Position numbers and translations under genes: made by a program | Part shown: one piece after another, positions 28,145 through 41,830 of the stretch | How the letters are laid out: every line of letters begins with the position of its first letter | Numbering within the stretch: position 1 is the stretch's first letter | Assembly (NCBI GenBank): GCA_963514005.1 | Contig: OY740821.1 | Location: 13,268,001 to 13,332,000 of the forward strand | Direction: 5' to 3' | Source: Raja brachyura | Lineage: Eukaryota | Length of the DNA: 64,000 nt | Notes under the pieces: generated by a model | Seen by the model: the letters and a program-made list of their open reading frames with translations, nothing else | Told to the model about the DNA's origin: nothing | Database searches by the model: none

Positions 28145-31100
28145 TTAAAATGTCATCTGGTTTACTCAAGGCTTTAGGAGAAGGGAAGTTGCTGATTTAT
28201 CCATTCTAAAGTACATGCAACCCAGATCCACTAATGTGCTCGATTCTTTACTGGGATCTATAATGGCTCAGCAACTTACTCAAGTGAAATCTAATTGGGG
28301 ATAGGCAATAAATGCTGGCCTTACCAGTGATGCCCACATCCCAAAAATGAAAAAAAATAAACAAAAGCTCAACACTGGGGGAAGATAACGTTTTTTAAGA
28401 GACATTGGTTTAAGCACAGGTTTGTTTTAATCCAGTCAACAAATAACCAGAATTCATAAATTATGTGAATAGATCCATTCTGTCAAATATTCCAGTCTTA
28501 CAACAATCCCCAAACAGTCAAATAGTCTGCTTGAACAAAAGGTCCTGATATTCAGAAACATATGCTGTGACTCACATCAAATCCAACACTTAAATCTCCT
28601 TAGGAGCAATGCAGCAAGTGGAAAATCATGGCTTTACACCACCAAGCTGAGGAAATGCAACTGGTGCCTGCTGTTCTTTCTTTGTTGACCAAATCAGGAG
28701 AGGAAAGATATAATTTGATCTTCAAAGGGCTTATTTTTAATAAATGATTTCAGCTGCCTTCATGAAGAAATACTGAGAGCTATACAAGTCCCAAAAAAAT
28801 ATATTGCAAGATTCTGTGTTTGGAAGAACTTTATGAAAAGAGCTGCAAGAACTATGTTGGCTCCTGTCAAGTCTGGTTACAGCATAGATCCCATCATTTT
28901 ATCTGGAAAGTCTGGGCAAGTAGTTTTAGCCTTTACAGTGTGGACCAAGGTAGAACATGGTAGGCATTCTGCATAAATTACATAGGTGGAGTAGACCTGG
29001 TGGGCCGCAAGGTCTAATTCTGCTCCTATCATGTATGATCTTATGAATTTATGAAGGTAAACTTTGGGAACTGTTGTAACTGAACATAAGCAGTGTGGTG
29101 ATGCCAAATAGGAACATGGACATTGTGGGCCAAAGGACCTGTTCCTGTGCTGTCTTGTTCAATGTTCCATGGAGGCTTGTTCTCCTCAAGCTTTTGTGAA
29201 GAGATGGGCGAGTGTACAGGAGCAGGTCAGCTGTGTGCTTCCTTGTACAGCCTATGAAGAGAACTAAGAAAAAAAAATCAAAGGCATGAAAGTACTTCAT
29301 AGAAAACATGATGTGAAAAAATGTGAACAGATACATTTTCCACAGATACCAGCACATTTTACATGGATATAGCCTATGCCTTCTTACACCATGCTCAGAC
29401 ACAGAGCACACCACATGAGCTATGAGGAACAAAAGTCCAACACAGTTGGTAAGATTCGGTCATAGACAGTTATTTCAGCTGGAAGACCAGTTGGCTCTTT
29501 CACTGCTGGTGATCTTCCAGCAGCAGTTCATGTCTTCCAGTGGGAACAGAGCAGAGAATGCTGTGTTATTCAGTTGTTGAGGATGAGCCAGAGCAGATAC
29601 TGTACATATCTCCCCCACACCTTCCGGACAAAGGGAGTCTCCAGCAGGGGGGGGGGGGGGGTGATGAACTTGTTCCTGCTGTAGCCTCGAGGGCAACTGA
29701 GGCTCCATGCACGTTGGAAGAAGTGCACAAACATACCTGATGTAGCGTGATCAATGATGAAATTACTTAACATTTGACTGTAATGCGCAAATGCATCAGT
29801 TGTAATTATGTAACATACTGCTTTTGTATTTGTTGTTATAATGAATGTTTTCATAGGAAAGTGTGTGCAATGAAGTACTTACATTTATATTGAAAAAGCG
29901 AAGAATAAATGGAAATTATATCCTGACAGAAGATTTAATGGACCAGACGTTCCAATTTGACTCCTCAGAGCAACCCAATTACTTTAAATGGTTGTGGCAG
30001 AGCCATTTTATACTCCTCAAAAGCTGTGACAGCTGCAGGATTAATACATTGAAACAAGCAGAAAACAGAACAGCTCAAAATTAGGCGCACATGTAGAAAC
30101 TGAAAAGTTCTCTTTTCAGAAATGATTTGTAAAGCAGCAGCTGTGAGCATTGTAATAGCTGTATTCAGCTGCACTCTCTCGCTCCAAAATGATCGCCCTT
30201 TAAACAAAAAGCACGTGGCAGCACTGGCTGTTTGCAAACCCCACCTTTGTCGCAGTGTGGAAAAGAGAGGAGACATTGTTCAAACCGAGGGGGGGGGGGG
30301 CAAAGTTTGATGCAAAGAGTTAGTCTCAAGACTGTTGAACAAGGAAAATTTTAGATATTCTTGTGACTGGCATTGATTGGACATTTAAACGACACCGCAA
30401 CAAAACTAGAGAATGATTTTTAAAATATTTCTTTAGCAAGATGATTATTGTACCATGTGTACCATTGTCATACATTTAGAAATACTAGAATTATTTCTGT
30501 TTAGTTAACATTCCCAGTTGATTTCTCTTTTGTAAATGTATATTACTGGATAGAAATGGCATAAATCTTACCAATCGACCAGGTCGCTCCATGGCCACTT
30601 TTCTCAACTTTCCCCCTTTCCTCTGCTGCCAACAGTAACATACAAGTTGTGTCACAGCCAATGTCCCACAAGTCCCGTAGCAGAATGGCCACGATTCAAG
30701 TAGAAACCAAGAGCAAATCGTCTATTTTCAAGAGTCACAACTCTATGCCCAATCCTATCCTGATCATTCTTGTAGAAGTCGCTGGGATAGCAGTCGGGAA
30801 TAGAAAACCTGTACATTGTTTCCTTTCCAGCTGCGGTTTATCGTAGCCAGAGCTGCCACCACATTGGCACTCTGCAAACTGCGCTCAGACATGGAATAGA
30901 ATAGTCATGGAATAGTCATTGTCGCTCTATGTGGTTCAATGGGAAACCGTACAATGCGTTTCTCCCAGTGTGGTTCTGAGGCACCAACGAGTGCATGAAG
31001 GACCCATACGGTCAGTGGTTCCTGGGTCTAATCTCTCATTCCTGCACTCCATTATATTGGGTTCCATCTTTCAGTGTTACAGAGCCAATAAAAGATTGGC

Positions 31101-33573
31101 TCAAATGGTTGCTACCAAGCTGTTGGCAGATACCAAAAGTTAAAATTTACAAAAAATAATGTCAAAGGAACAGTTTACTCTGCTCATAAAACATATAGCT
31201 AATTAGCATCTGAAATGTATACCCTAGTCCATCTTTGCTTCTCAGTTTAACTTATTGCGAAGGAAGAACATTTTGAATAATATTTACTATATACAGTACG
31301 AGTTGCCAATTTTAGTTGAGATGAGGTGAAAATCTTTCCCTCAAAACATTCTTCCTCAAAAGGTCAATGGAAGAAGTCTTTGAATGTATTTGAGGCAGAT
31401 AAGCAAGGAGTGAAAGGCGATTGATGGGCAGATGGGAATGTGGAGTCGATATTAGCTATAATCTTATTGAATGGCAGAAGATTGCTGGTAATTTGATTGT
31501 AACGCTAACTCCACATTGCGTGGCTGAGTGGCCTTATGCATACTTCTCAAGTTTGAACCACAATTAATTTCATATCTCCAATATGTCATTACTCCAATAT
31601 ATGTGCTTGCTAATATCAAAATCATTCCTTCTCCTAAAACAGTGCCTCAGGTGTATAATAAGATCAAGATCTCTGTGTCCACCTCAGCAAAGTGTTACAA
31701 TCAACTTCAGTGTCAACGAGCTTGGAAGGGAAGCAACAGGTAGGCTTCTCACTCCTAATTATATCTGGCCAGACTCACCATCCAAACTTACACACAAAGA
31801 ATGGGTGAAGTTTCATCTAGAAGCTCTGATTAAGTATGGGATTAAAGACATCCATTTAAATTAAGCTCAAGTTACTATCCTAAGGTGATATATTGCTCAA
31901 AAATGTGCACCATGTCATGTAAAACAAGTTAATTTTCAGCTCAAGCTCCATGAAGCTTCCATAGATTTCCCCAATGGCTGTGTATACCCTTCTTATTTAG
32001 GCAAACCACGCATTTGACTTTATTGTAAACAGAAGATGAAGTACCGTAGAGTCAAAACGCAAACAGGAAGACAGAAATTTAGCACAGTAAATGTCAGCAT
32101 CGTACACTCCAGTCTGACCTTTGGCATTTCACAATATTTCCAGTGAAATTATTAATCAAGGGGTTTACAGAGGAAGAGTCTGATCAAGATTAGAAAATAA
32201 ACGTGTGTAAATCCAACCACAGTGTTCTAATAAGTTTAAAAAACAGAAATCAACTTGCCTACTGTGACCAGCTTCTCAATACTGAAGCATGACAATCGAT
32301 CCAGAAATGGAATAAGAATAACAATATTCTTCCAAATGCAAAAAAAAATAGCATGCAGATCAAGCTTTTCACATAATAAACTAGACTAAATAATTATACT
32401 GCATTTGCAGCTCCTCCAGGCTTTTATTTCCTATCGCCAACCCCCCTTTCAATCTGCCCAAACATTAACTCTATCACAGGTCTCTCCTTAGAGTCAGTGT
32501 TATAGCATGGAAACCAGCCTTTTGGGCCCACCAAGTCTACAATGACCATACCCACCCATTTACACTTCTGTTCTCTGACTTGCTCTCCTGAGCCTTTCTT
32601 GCATTGTCTGGTTTCATTTCAGACTTTCAGCATCTGCGGTATTTTGCCCTTGTACAATTTCTCTGTAATCTCCATGTCGAGGATGAAGGTGACCCGCTTA
32701 CACAAGTTGCTTTTCAAAAAACAAAAGAGATCGTTGTATTTTGCAAAAAAAAGTGCTGCAGGGACACTGGGAATAATTTATGCAGCAACAGAAGTACAAT
32801 ATACGCATGCTTCCAAGTATTATTTTCATTGTTAAATTCCTGGTGTCAGCACTTCTGTCACAGGAGAGTCACTGAATGGAAGTTGGATATTTCCTTACTA
32901 TAGTGCAAGTGCACAATTGGCAACTTAAATTTGCTGGCAGATTATGGGCATTGGCATACAACTGGCAGCAAATGTTTGTCCATTTTCTTGATCAAAAACC
33001 CATGTAGAACCAAAACTGAGAAACTTAAGTAGGATAGTAAAATACGTACCTGTGATCTTATCATAGACACCAGATCATAGGACAACGCAAGCGTTATTTC
33101 CCCATAAACCTGCGGTGATGAGATCACGAACCTGTAAAATCCCTCCTGTGAACCTTATAGTCGACTGCTGTCACAAGGCACAAGTTAAAAAAAGGTCTGC
33201 GTTTAGAAAAAGATTGCTGCTTTCGTCTTTTTAAAATGAATGATGAGCTTTTCTAAAAAAAAACATTGATCTAAAATGAGGACAGCAGCAAGCTGCAAAG
33301 GAAATATTGCCAACGTTCTGTGTGAAAAGCATCTGCAGCCCACAGAATGCAACCATGCAATCAGCGATCTGTTCCCAGCATTGAGGTGTGGAATGGATCA
33401 ATGCATTCTATCTTAATTAGTGTTAATTATATTCAGCATTATGAACAATGGATATTTATTCTGGTAGGAACAGAAAATGAATTTCCTCTTGGAACAGTGA
33501 GAAACATTAGTTTGCTCAATGAAATAATGTTACGGTGTAGGTCCAACCAGCAATTAGAAAGGTAGACAGTGAG

Positions 33574-33700
33574 GTGTAGGAAGGAACTGCAGATGCTGGT
33601 TTACACCAAAGGTAGACACAAAATGCTGGAGTAATTCAGCATGACAGGCAGCGTCACTGGATAGAAGGAATGGGTGACATTTCGGGAAGGGTCTCGACCA
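33574..33700 (-). mobile_element. Penelope-derived terminal-repeat fragment (further partial copies at 1-41, 10392-10475, 25600-25735, 34635-34720 and 55260-55385)
   Basis: Shares the family signature ggaaggaactgcagatgctgg...gacacaaaatgctggagtaa...gggtgacatttcggg. Confidence 0.7.
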
Positions 33701-36700
33701 TTTTACAACTTGTTTTCTCTTCCAATTCTGATAAAGGTCATCAAAATGAAACTTTAATAGTTTCTGTTCTCTTGCCACAAATGGGGCCTGACATGAATAT
33801 TTGCATAATTTCAATCTTATTGACATGGTTGCAAGATTCAGTGATATTTAATGTAAAGTACAAGGTTAGTCCCAATTAAAATTATGGAAAAGTGAATCGT
33901 GCCTGGATTTGGCACACTTAAGAATCCCAACAAAATAACCATAGGAGAAAAGGCCAAAAGCAAATAAACATAACATGTAAGTAATTGTATCTTTACATTT
34001 TCACCCTTAAGGAACCCCCATCCTAAATAACCTAAAGAGGATAAAGTCAATTATTTTTTCCAGTTTCACATGCAAACCTTCCTTTTTTATTTAAGTACAG
34101 CCAGTTTCATATCACATGGGTAAGAATTAAACATCCTCTAACTTGGGGAAAAATAGAAAATAAAGGAGCTGGTGTGCACTTGTGCTGCTGAAAGAAACGG
34201 CTCATAGATGCAATGGAGATGGGATTTAATTTATCCATTGTCTCCCTGATAATCCCATACAAAAGGAGGACTGAAAATAGCATATCCATCTAATGCAACA
34301 TGGAATATGCATTATACCACAAAGAATGACTGCCTACGAAAAGTGTGCTTTAGAAATTGTGGATTGACCTTGCTGGATGGAAAAAAAGATTGGAAAGACT
34401 TGAATTACTTGAATAGGTAGACTCAAGTCATCAACTGTTAAAATTGCTTTTCTAAAGCACTTATAGAAAAAGAGCTGTTAAGAGTTACCAAGAAGAGGGA
34501 CATACTTTTAATGATGTAAATTGTAGAGAGCCTTGAATTTTTCAATTTGAAATTGCATAGAAAATTTAATTTGACAATGTTTCTTTTTAATCAAAAGTTT
34601 TAGCAACTAGTTCAGCTGTTGAATGCAATAAGGGAGTCTGACGAAGGGTCCCAAACAAAATGTCCCCTTTCCATGTTCTCCAGAGATGCTGCCTGATCTG
34701 CTGAGTTACTCCAGCACTTGTGATTTTTTGTCTTGTTTCAGTGTGGGACAGGATCACTTTGAACATGTCATACAAAATAGAAACAGTCGCTTCGGCACAT
34801 GTATCATTTGGTACGCCAGTTGAAAACAATAAAAAGCTGGGGTGGTGGATATTTAAAATTCTCCTGCATTGTCTCCAGGCTGTCAAAGCCTGTCCAGAAC
34901 AGTGGGACTCGGTGTATGTTGTCCACTTACCTTTTATTTGATGCAGATCGTTGTCCTAGCTCTCCTTGAAGGATTTCACAAAAAAAAAATCATTTTTATT
35001 ATTAATCTGCTGGATCTTTCATTTAATTCCCCTCAAAGGCTTCAGGTAGGGTTTTGCTGCAGATAGTTGGAAATTTCATTTGAGCTTCTTTGATGCTAGG
35101 ATTTTCCATGTCTTATGAATACTAGGATGCTTCAAAATACAACCAAGGAGAGCTTTGTGCAGGGGAAAATATGTTACAAGAATAAATTGTATTTATAATA
35201 ATGTTCACAAAACCAAAAGCTCAGTCGTACAAAAATAGAAATTTTATATACTGACTTCTGTACTGGGAAGAGCGGTAGGAGGCAAGGTTTCTTAGAGGTA
35301 GATTATGAAATATACATTTAATATTCTTAGTTTAGAGACAGAAACAACGGTTTGTTTCATCATTGTTCAGGACATGCGGGAAAATCACTGCCAAGGCCAT
35401 CAGTCATTGACCATCTTTAAATAGTTCTTGAGAAGGTGAAGCTGAGCCAGTACCTCAAACTATTGGGGTCCTTTTGGTGAAGGTACTTTACCATGTTGTT
35501 TCGGTATGGAATCCCAAGTTTGCCCTGCGACAGAGCAACAGTGGTGTGTTTCCAAATCTGAATTTGGAACACAGAGACAGAGTTTCCACATGGTGGTGCT
35601 TTACTCAACTTCTACCAGCAAGGAGGACAAGATCAGAAGGCACTGGATTTGGGATACTGTTGGAATGGCATAGGTGGGTAATGCAGTGCTTTTTTTTGGA
35701 TGGCACACACTAAACCGATTGTGGAGGGAGTATCTAGCATTGTGGAAAGAGCTGCTTTGTCCTGGACAGTATTGATATTGCACTTAGTTAAGCAAGTGAA
35801 TATCACATCAGACTCTTGATTTGTTTCTTGCAGATTGAAATGTTTTAGGGCATCAGGAGTTGACGCACATGTCACAGGATATCTATCTTCGACTTGCTTG
35901 TGTAGCTACAGTACTTATGGCTGATCAAACTGAGTATCTGGTTAAAAGGTCATCCAGGATGTTGATGATGAACATCCCGGCAATGGTAAATGCTTGAGAT
36001 GGTTCTGGCCCAACACAAATGCTACTCCTCATTTACAAGCCCAAGCTCTGAATGTCGTTTAGCTGCATGCAGATGTGGTCTACTTCATTTTGAGGATGTC
36101 AAATAAACAATTTAAGTTCAAAAGCATTCTCTGATAACATTAGAGAAGAATTCAAGGATGAAGGAATAATATAATTTACTGTAACATTTTAATGCTAAAT
36201 TGTGAAAGTACAACAGGAAAAAGTTGGTAAATGCATATTACACAGGTAATAGTCACACAGTGTGGAAACAGGCCTTTTGGCCCAACTTGCCCACACTGGC
36301 CAACAAGTCCCAGCTACACTAGTCCCACCTGCCCGCGTTTGGTTCATATCCCTCCAAACCTGTCTAATAAATTAGAAGGATTAGGATTAAATTTATGTTT
36401 TTATGCAAATAACCTGTAAATATCGACTGTAGCCGAGTAAAATGGTTCATGTTAGTTCCTTCCGTATAGGGTTTTAAGTCATACAATCCGAGAAATTTAA
36501 TATTCTTTTAAGATTAGAAAAATCACCCCAAAATGTGTTGTGTACACACACCCTGCTCCAACCTTAAACTTTGATGGCTTCATTCTTCGTCCAGCTCCTT
36601 ATTTAAATCCTTGACCTCAACCTCTCTCGTACTTAAATAGAAATTAGAGTTACCAGCAAAAAGCTATTTGCTCCATAACTTCATATTCAACCAGGTTTTT

Positions 36701-37535
36701 CCATTCTGCTCTCGCATTCCTCAGGACCCACTAGTCACTTGATCAACAATATTTCTCCAACCTAAGGAGGGGTTGGAAGCTTTTCCTGTCTTCACAACAC
36801 AAACTCGGGGATAGAAAATAGTCTTGAGCAGTTGCACAAAATGGCTACTTGATACAAACCATCTCCCCTCAACCCCTCCCTCCTGCACTGGCAACAAATT
36901 ATTTCTGCTGCAGGACCAAGGATAAAGGCAATTCTTCATGTAGGTCTGTAATGTAATTTTAGTAGAACAATACCATCAATGTTCAAGGATTCCTACTTTT
37001 TTAAAACATTTAACTCGATTTAGATTTTTTCAAAATCTTTTCACACAATTGTTTGTTAAAATCTAAAATACATCCTGAGAAAGCAAGCCAGAGAAATAAC
37101 ATGGAATTGGTTATCTTCAACGTGCAAGTTTAAAAGACGAGAAGGCAGATACAGATTTATCAAGTACAAGAGGCACTCGATTTGGCACCAAATCAGGCAG
37201 CAGGTTCCAAGCTCAACAAAAAATGTAGGTCTCTGCTGCCCTCAGATGTCAGGTTGATTTAAATCTACTTTGATCAAATGCACCATGACAATGCGTTTGA
37301 TTCTAACTTCTGCATATTCCCTGGTTTTATTACATTGTTTTTATTGTCGACTTGAGGTCTTTTTACTATCTAATGCACAATGGAAAATTAATCTGCAGAC
37401 ATTTCCACTTTGGGAGAAGATATTATATAGAAGATCACTGTACAATCGGTAGCTTTTCCAACATTTCCTCACATACAAACTAATCAAAAACGTTAAAAGA
37501 CTCGGGCGTTACTATAATGTAATGTAATTACATGT

Positions 37536-37784
37536 GGGCGGCACAGTGGGGAAGCAGTAGTGTTGCTGCCTTACAGCGCCAAAGACACGGGTTCGATCCT
37601 GACTACCGGTGCCGTCTGCACAGAGCTTGTACATATTCCCTGTGACCCCATGGGTTTTCTTCGGCTGCTCCGGTTTCTTCCCACACTCCGGGTTTGGTAA
37701 AATTGTAAATTGTCCCTAGTGTGTAGGGTGCGGACTTGGTGGCCCGAAGGGCCTGTTTCCGCACTGCATGTCTAAAGTCTAAAA
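37536..37784 (+). mobile_element. tRNA-derived V-SINE (HE1-like)
   Basis: Same architecture as the 19973 copy: gggcggcacagtgg head, ggttcgatcc box B, tctaaagtctaaa tail. Confidence 0.8.
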
Positions 37785-38314
37785 TCACTGTACAACGTCC
37801 ACATTAGAAAGTGAAATAATTAACTAACATTATTCACTGAAATGTTAACATTAATGACAAAACATTTTCTGTTGAAGGTTTAATGCAAGCTTTATTCTTT
37901 TTCGAATCACAAATTTCCTTGTCCATAACCGATACTCAACATTACAATTTGCATAACTTTCTGTGCCCCACTCCCTCCCTGTTTTTAGATTTTCTTTACA
38001 AAGTATCCATAGAGAAATGAGGAAAACAAAGTGCTGAATGCCATAAAACAGCGGGAGAAACATGCAGATAAACTCTGGATGCTTGTTTCAGTCCCATCTC
38101 CAGGAAGAAATTATCAAATGGAAATTGGGTGTTAAACTGATGGATGGCCAATATTACACCAACGCCACTTGTGCAACTTCTACACCTGGAGGAAATCCTT
38201 GCATAGGGACAGAGCCTGATGGGCTGAGTGACTTCATCTTGTTCTGCAAACTTCTATGAACAAAGGAGAGCAGATACAACCACCCTCAGCTTCATTCTTG
38301 ATGAGCATGTCAAA

Positions 38315-38320
38315 TTTATT
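38315..38320 (-). terminator. Candidate SUOX polyadenylation signal (AATAAA)
   Basis: First canonical AATAAA I found on the minus strand after the SUOX stop, implying a 3' UTR of about 1.2 kb. No transcript evidence. Confidence 0.35.
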
Positions 38321-39078
38321 AGAATCAAGGCATTTATAGCTTCACATCTACTGAATAACCAAGTGGAGTCATCACTGTAAAACAAAAAAATATTCACCAT
38401 CTTCCCTACCGCTTGGAAAATTATGTAGTCATCATTATGTGATCATCGTTGTCGTTTCATTGCTTCCTCCTCTTATGAATTTTAAAGATAGGAAAAGTCA
38501 GGAGAACTGCATTGCATCTATATTCAATTGAGCATTAATTGCCCTACTGTTAGTTCAGATTATTTTGAAAAAGGCTTTTCAAATTAAAGTAATTCAAATT
38601 AAGCAGAGATAAAATATTACTAAACATTTTGTGCTAGTTAAATACTGAAATGTACAAAAAGAGTGGCTTTAAAAGTAGACCATACGTGTGATTAACGCTC
38701 GGGTGGATAGAGGTATGTCACGATGCAGGAGGAATATTTCAAAAGGATGGACACAAAGGCACTGCGTTTATATAGTATTGCTGACAATTTTAGGATGCCC
38801 CAAAGCATTTCACAATCAGTAAGTACTTTTGAATGGCATTGCTTCAATTCAAGAAAGAGGCAGACAATCAGCACATATCTAGTTCCCAAAAAACAACAAT
38901 GCAATAATAATCAGTTTCTTTTAAATTTCATGCTTAAGGTGGGATAACTGTTGACTAAGATGCAATGGATAACAAATGTTCCTCTTCCAAGAGTTCCACA
39001 GGACTTCTAATCCACACAGGGAAAGCAGTTGACAGTACCCGTCTATCCTATTGTTCAAATGACATTAAGTCAACACTG

Positions 39079-39319
39079 TGTGTAAGAAAGAACTGCAGAT
39101 GTTGGTGATAAATCGAAGGTAGACACAAAATGCTGAAGTAACTCTGTGGGTGAGGCAGCATCCCTGGAGAAAAGGAATGGGCGACATTTCGGGTAGAGAC
39201 CCTTCTTCAGAAAATCCCTTATAGTCTGAAGAAGGGTCTAGGCCCGAAATGTCGCCCATTCCTTTTCTCCAAAGATGCTGCCTCACCCACAGAGTTACTC
39301 CAGCATTTTGTGTCTACCT
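39079..39319. mobile_element. Non-autonomous Penelope-derived palindromic element with two opposed hammerhead cores
   Basis: About 95-bp inverted arms (39116-39210 and 39226-39320). Perfect 14-bp TSD ttaagtcaacactg at 39065-39078 and 39320-39333. Confidence 0.85.
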
Positions 39320-39514
39320 TTAAGTCAACACTGCACTGAAGTGCCAACCTTAACTAAGTACTAGCCTCTGGAGTGGAACAATTTTCTCACAATTTTCAGA
39401 GGCAAGAGTATTACCAAATGATCCCCACTGACAATTAAGACTAAATTACTAGCCAGCTGTAATTGTGCCCAAGTCTCTCAATGTTACGGAATCAGGAACA
39501 GTTTCTAATCATTT

Positions 39515-40957
39515 CTATTTGATTGTAACGTTCACTCGACTCCAAGAATTATTGAGGACGCCTCGTAAATTCCAGATGGGCGCAACAGTGTCCGGCTGCA
39601 CATTGTACTGGTTATCCACAGCTTTGGAAATTATCTCCAGGCTTTTCTCGTCCTTCGGCATAGGCACAGTGAGTTCCCACAGTTTCCAGGCCCAGGCCTG
39701 CCCCTCATTTTGCTTCATCTCACTTAAGTCAGCCACGTGCCAGGTCTGTCCACCATCCATTGAGACATCCACCCGGATCACTTCTCGCCCACCTCCACTC
39801 CACGCATAGCCTTTCACTGTGATCTCATCCAAGTCTGAGCTGAGACGTTCATCTTTGGAAGGCGATGTAATGGCAGATTGGATGGATAATTCTTGGATTG
39901 CTGGAGCAGTGGTGAAGTCAACGGTATTCCAATCCACAGAAGGAGAAAATCCCTTATAGTCATTCACTTGCCAATGGCTCTTGCTTTCTTCTTTACTTAC
40001 GATGATCTTGCTCAACCACTTCACATTACGTGCTCCTACCACTCCTGGGACAACGAGACGTAGTGGAAAGCCATGATCTCTGGATAAAATTTCATCATTC
40101 ATTTCGAAGGCAAGAAGCACGTCACCATCTTTGGCAAGCGCCTTACGAATAGGAATAGAGGCTCCGTAGGGAGTCCCACTTATATCCTTATCAAGTCCCT
40201 CAAATTGGACATGTTTAGCATCTGTGTTGGCTGGTAGCCTTGCATACTCAAGGACATCAGAGAGTTTAACCCCAGTCCATTTTGCATTACCAATCGCTGC
40301 TGACCCCCAATTTAGTCCCTTCACTTCACGCACTGCATTCATGTCCGAGCGGCGATTGCCAGCGCATTGCAATGTAGCAGTTATTGTGTGCTTTGGGAAC
40401 TTGGTTTGAAGGTCACGGAGGGACAGTTGGATGGACTTCAGCCCCTCTCCCTTAATCTCCAAACTGAATTTTTTTGGATCAACTTCTGGGACAGGCAGGT
40501 GGTTTCGTATGAAGAACAAGTCATTTGGGGTAAGATAATTTTCAGTTAGAATCTCTGCCGGCGTTTCTGCATTAAATGGCTTTAAACTATTCACCTTCAA
40601 AACCGGATGTCTCAATGGGTCTTTCCCATAAGGGTCAGTCACATCACAGGCCTCCTGCGCAGCTTCTGGGCTCAATTCTCCTACTTTGTATTCTTCAAGA
40701 ATTTGGTATACATGTTCTTGTTTGTGGACGGCATACATTGACCAAAATGGTTCAAGGGCACCTCCTGCAGCAAGCAATATCTTATCACCCCCAGGATGCA
40801 GTTCCACAAAGTTTGTAATATCATACACGTCTGATTTGTAGGTGACCCATATTCCGCTTTCCATAGTTTTATGCTTGGCCACATCTTGCCTGGTGTAAAC
40901 AGGATAAGATTGTTGAGCCTCACTGTCAACCGATGTTTCTGGTTTTGGCTCCGCTTC
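39515..40957 (-). CDS. SUOX: Sulfite oxidase, final large coding exon (cytochrome b5 heme, Moco-binding and dimerisation domains)
   Basis: Uninterrupted ORF with the b5 motif FVELHPGG, the Moco cysteine motif TLQCAGNRR, plus [22 protein letters not shown] and [12 protein letters not shown] polypyrimidine tract and acceptor (ttttcttttgtcttttggtaaag|GAA, phase 0) put the exon start at 40957. Stop codon at 39515-39517. Confidence 0.97.
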   Translation of the reverse strand, partial: EAEPKPETSVDSEAQQSYPVYTRQDVAKHKTMESGIWVTYKSDVYDITNFVELHPGGDKILLAAGGALEPFWSMYAVHKQEHVYQILEEYKVGELSPEAAQEACDVTDPYGKDPLRHPVLKVNSLKPFNAETPAEILTENYLTPNDLFFIRNHLPVPEVDPKKFSLEIKGEGLKSIQLSLRDLQTKFPKHTITATLQCAGNRRSDMNAVREVKGLNWGSAAIGNAKWTGVKLSDVLEYARLPANTDAKHVQFEGLDKDISGTPYGASIPIRKALAKDGDVLLAFEMNDEILSRDHGFPLRLVVPGVVGARNVKWLSKIIVSKEESKSHWQVNDYKGFSPSVDWNTVDFTTAPAIQELSIQSAITSPSKDERLSSDLDEITVKGYAWSGGGREVIRVDVSMDGGQTWHVADLSEMKQNEGQAWAWKLWELTVPMPKDEKSLEIISKAVDNQYNVQPDTVAPIWNLRGVLNNSWSRVNVTIK

Positions 40958-41179
40958 CTTTACCAAAAGACAAAAGAAAAGTAATTTATCTTTCATGAAG
41001 AGATAAAATAATGTAACTCAACCTTCTGTCCTAGTATGGCAACTGGAGCAATGTGATTGTTTCTCAGCATTTGGATGTAGAAAAGAGGGCAGTCAGCCGG
41101 CTCCTTTTTTTGATTGGTTCCATTTTGGAACCATTTAATACAAGTTTAAAGAAGATATGCAGGCTGTGTGTTTTTTTAA

Positions 41180-41830
41180 AACACCAAGGTGCGGAGTAAC
41201 TCAGCGGGTCAGGCAGCAACTCTGCAGAACATGGATGGGTGACATTTTGGGTCAGGACCCATGTTCAGACTGATTGTGGGGGGGGGGGGGGGGTGGGGGA
41301 AGAAGAAAGAGGAAATAAATCTTGGAGGAGAGACAGGACAAAGTGTGTCAGGTGGACATGGGCGGGGGCTTTTGATAGGCAGATAGTTGGAATAATGGCT
41401 AGAAATTAAGAGGGCGTGAGACAAAAAGATTGAAGAATTACAGATTGTGAAACCAGAAGAAGGAATGTAGGTGGAAGAAATAGGCGAGAGTCCAGGTGGG
41501 GCACAGGGAGGGGGGTTGTTAGAGATTACCTAAAATTGGAGAATTAAATGTTCAGATCATTGGGTTTTAAGCTACCAATGCAGAATATGAGGTGCTGCTC
41601 CTCCAGTTTCTGTGTGGCCTAACTCTGGCAATGAAGGCGGCCCAGGTCAGAAAGGTCAGTAAGGGAATAGGAATTAAAATGGTTCGTAACCAGGAGATCT
41701 GGTAGGCCTTGGCAGACAGAGTGCAAGTGTTCAGCGAAACGGTCGCTGAGTCTATGCTTGGTTTCACGAATGTACTGGAGGCCACCGCAGGATACCGGAT
41801 GCTGTAGACGAGATTGGAGGAAGTGCATGC
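41180..41830 (-). mobile_element. Degenerate Penelope-like element 3' fragment in the last SUOX intron
   Basis: LQYIRETKHRLSDRFAEHLHSVCQGLPDLLVTNHFNS is homologous to the 55.9-kb copy. The same terminal repeat is present, with a decayed hammerhead core at ~41241-41269. Confidence 0.8.

Noticed and set aside
39465-40929. Overlapping antisense or alternative-frame ORFs within the SUOX exon
   Set aside because: Short frames of the kind expected opposite a long coding exon, with no independent signals.
40958-40996. ORF-track start [13 protein letters not shown] as a SUOX signal peptide or a single-exon gene
   Set aside because: It is the translated polypyrimidine tract and acceptor of the last intron. 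The upstream exons supply a proper mitochondrial presequence in matching phase.
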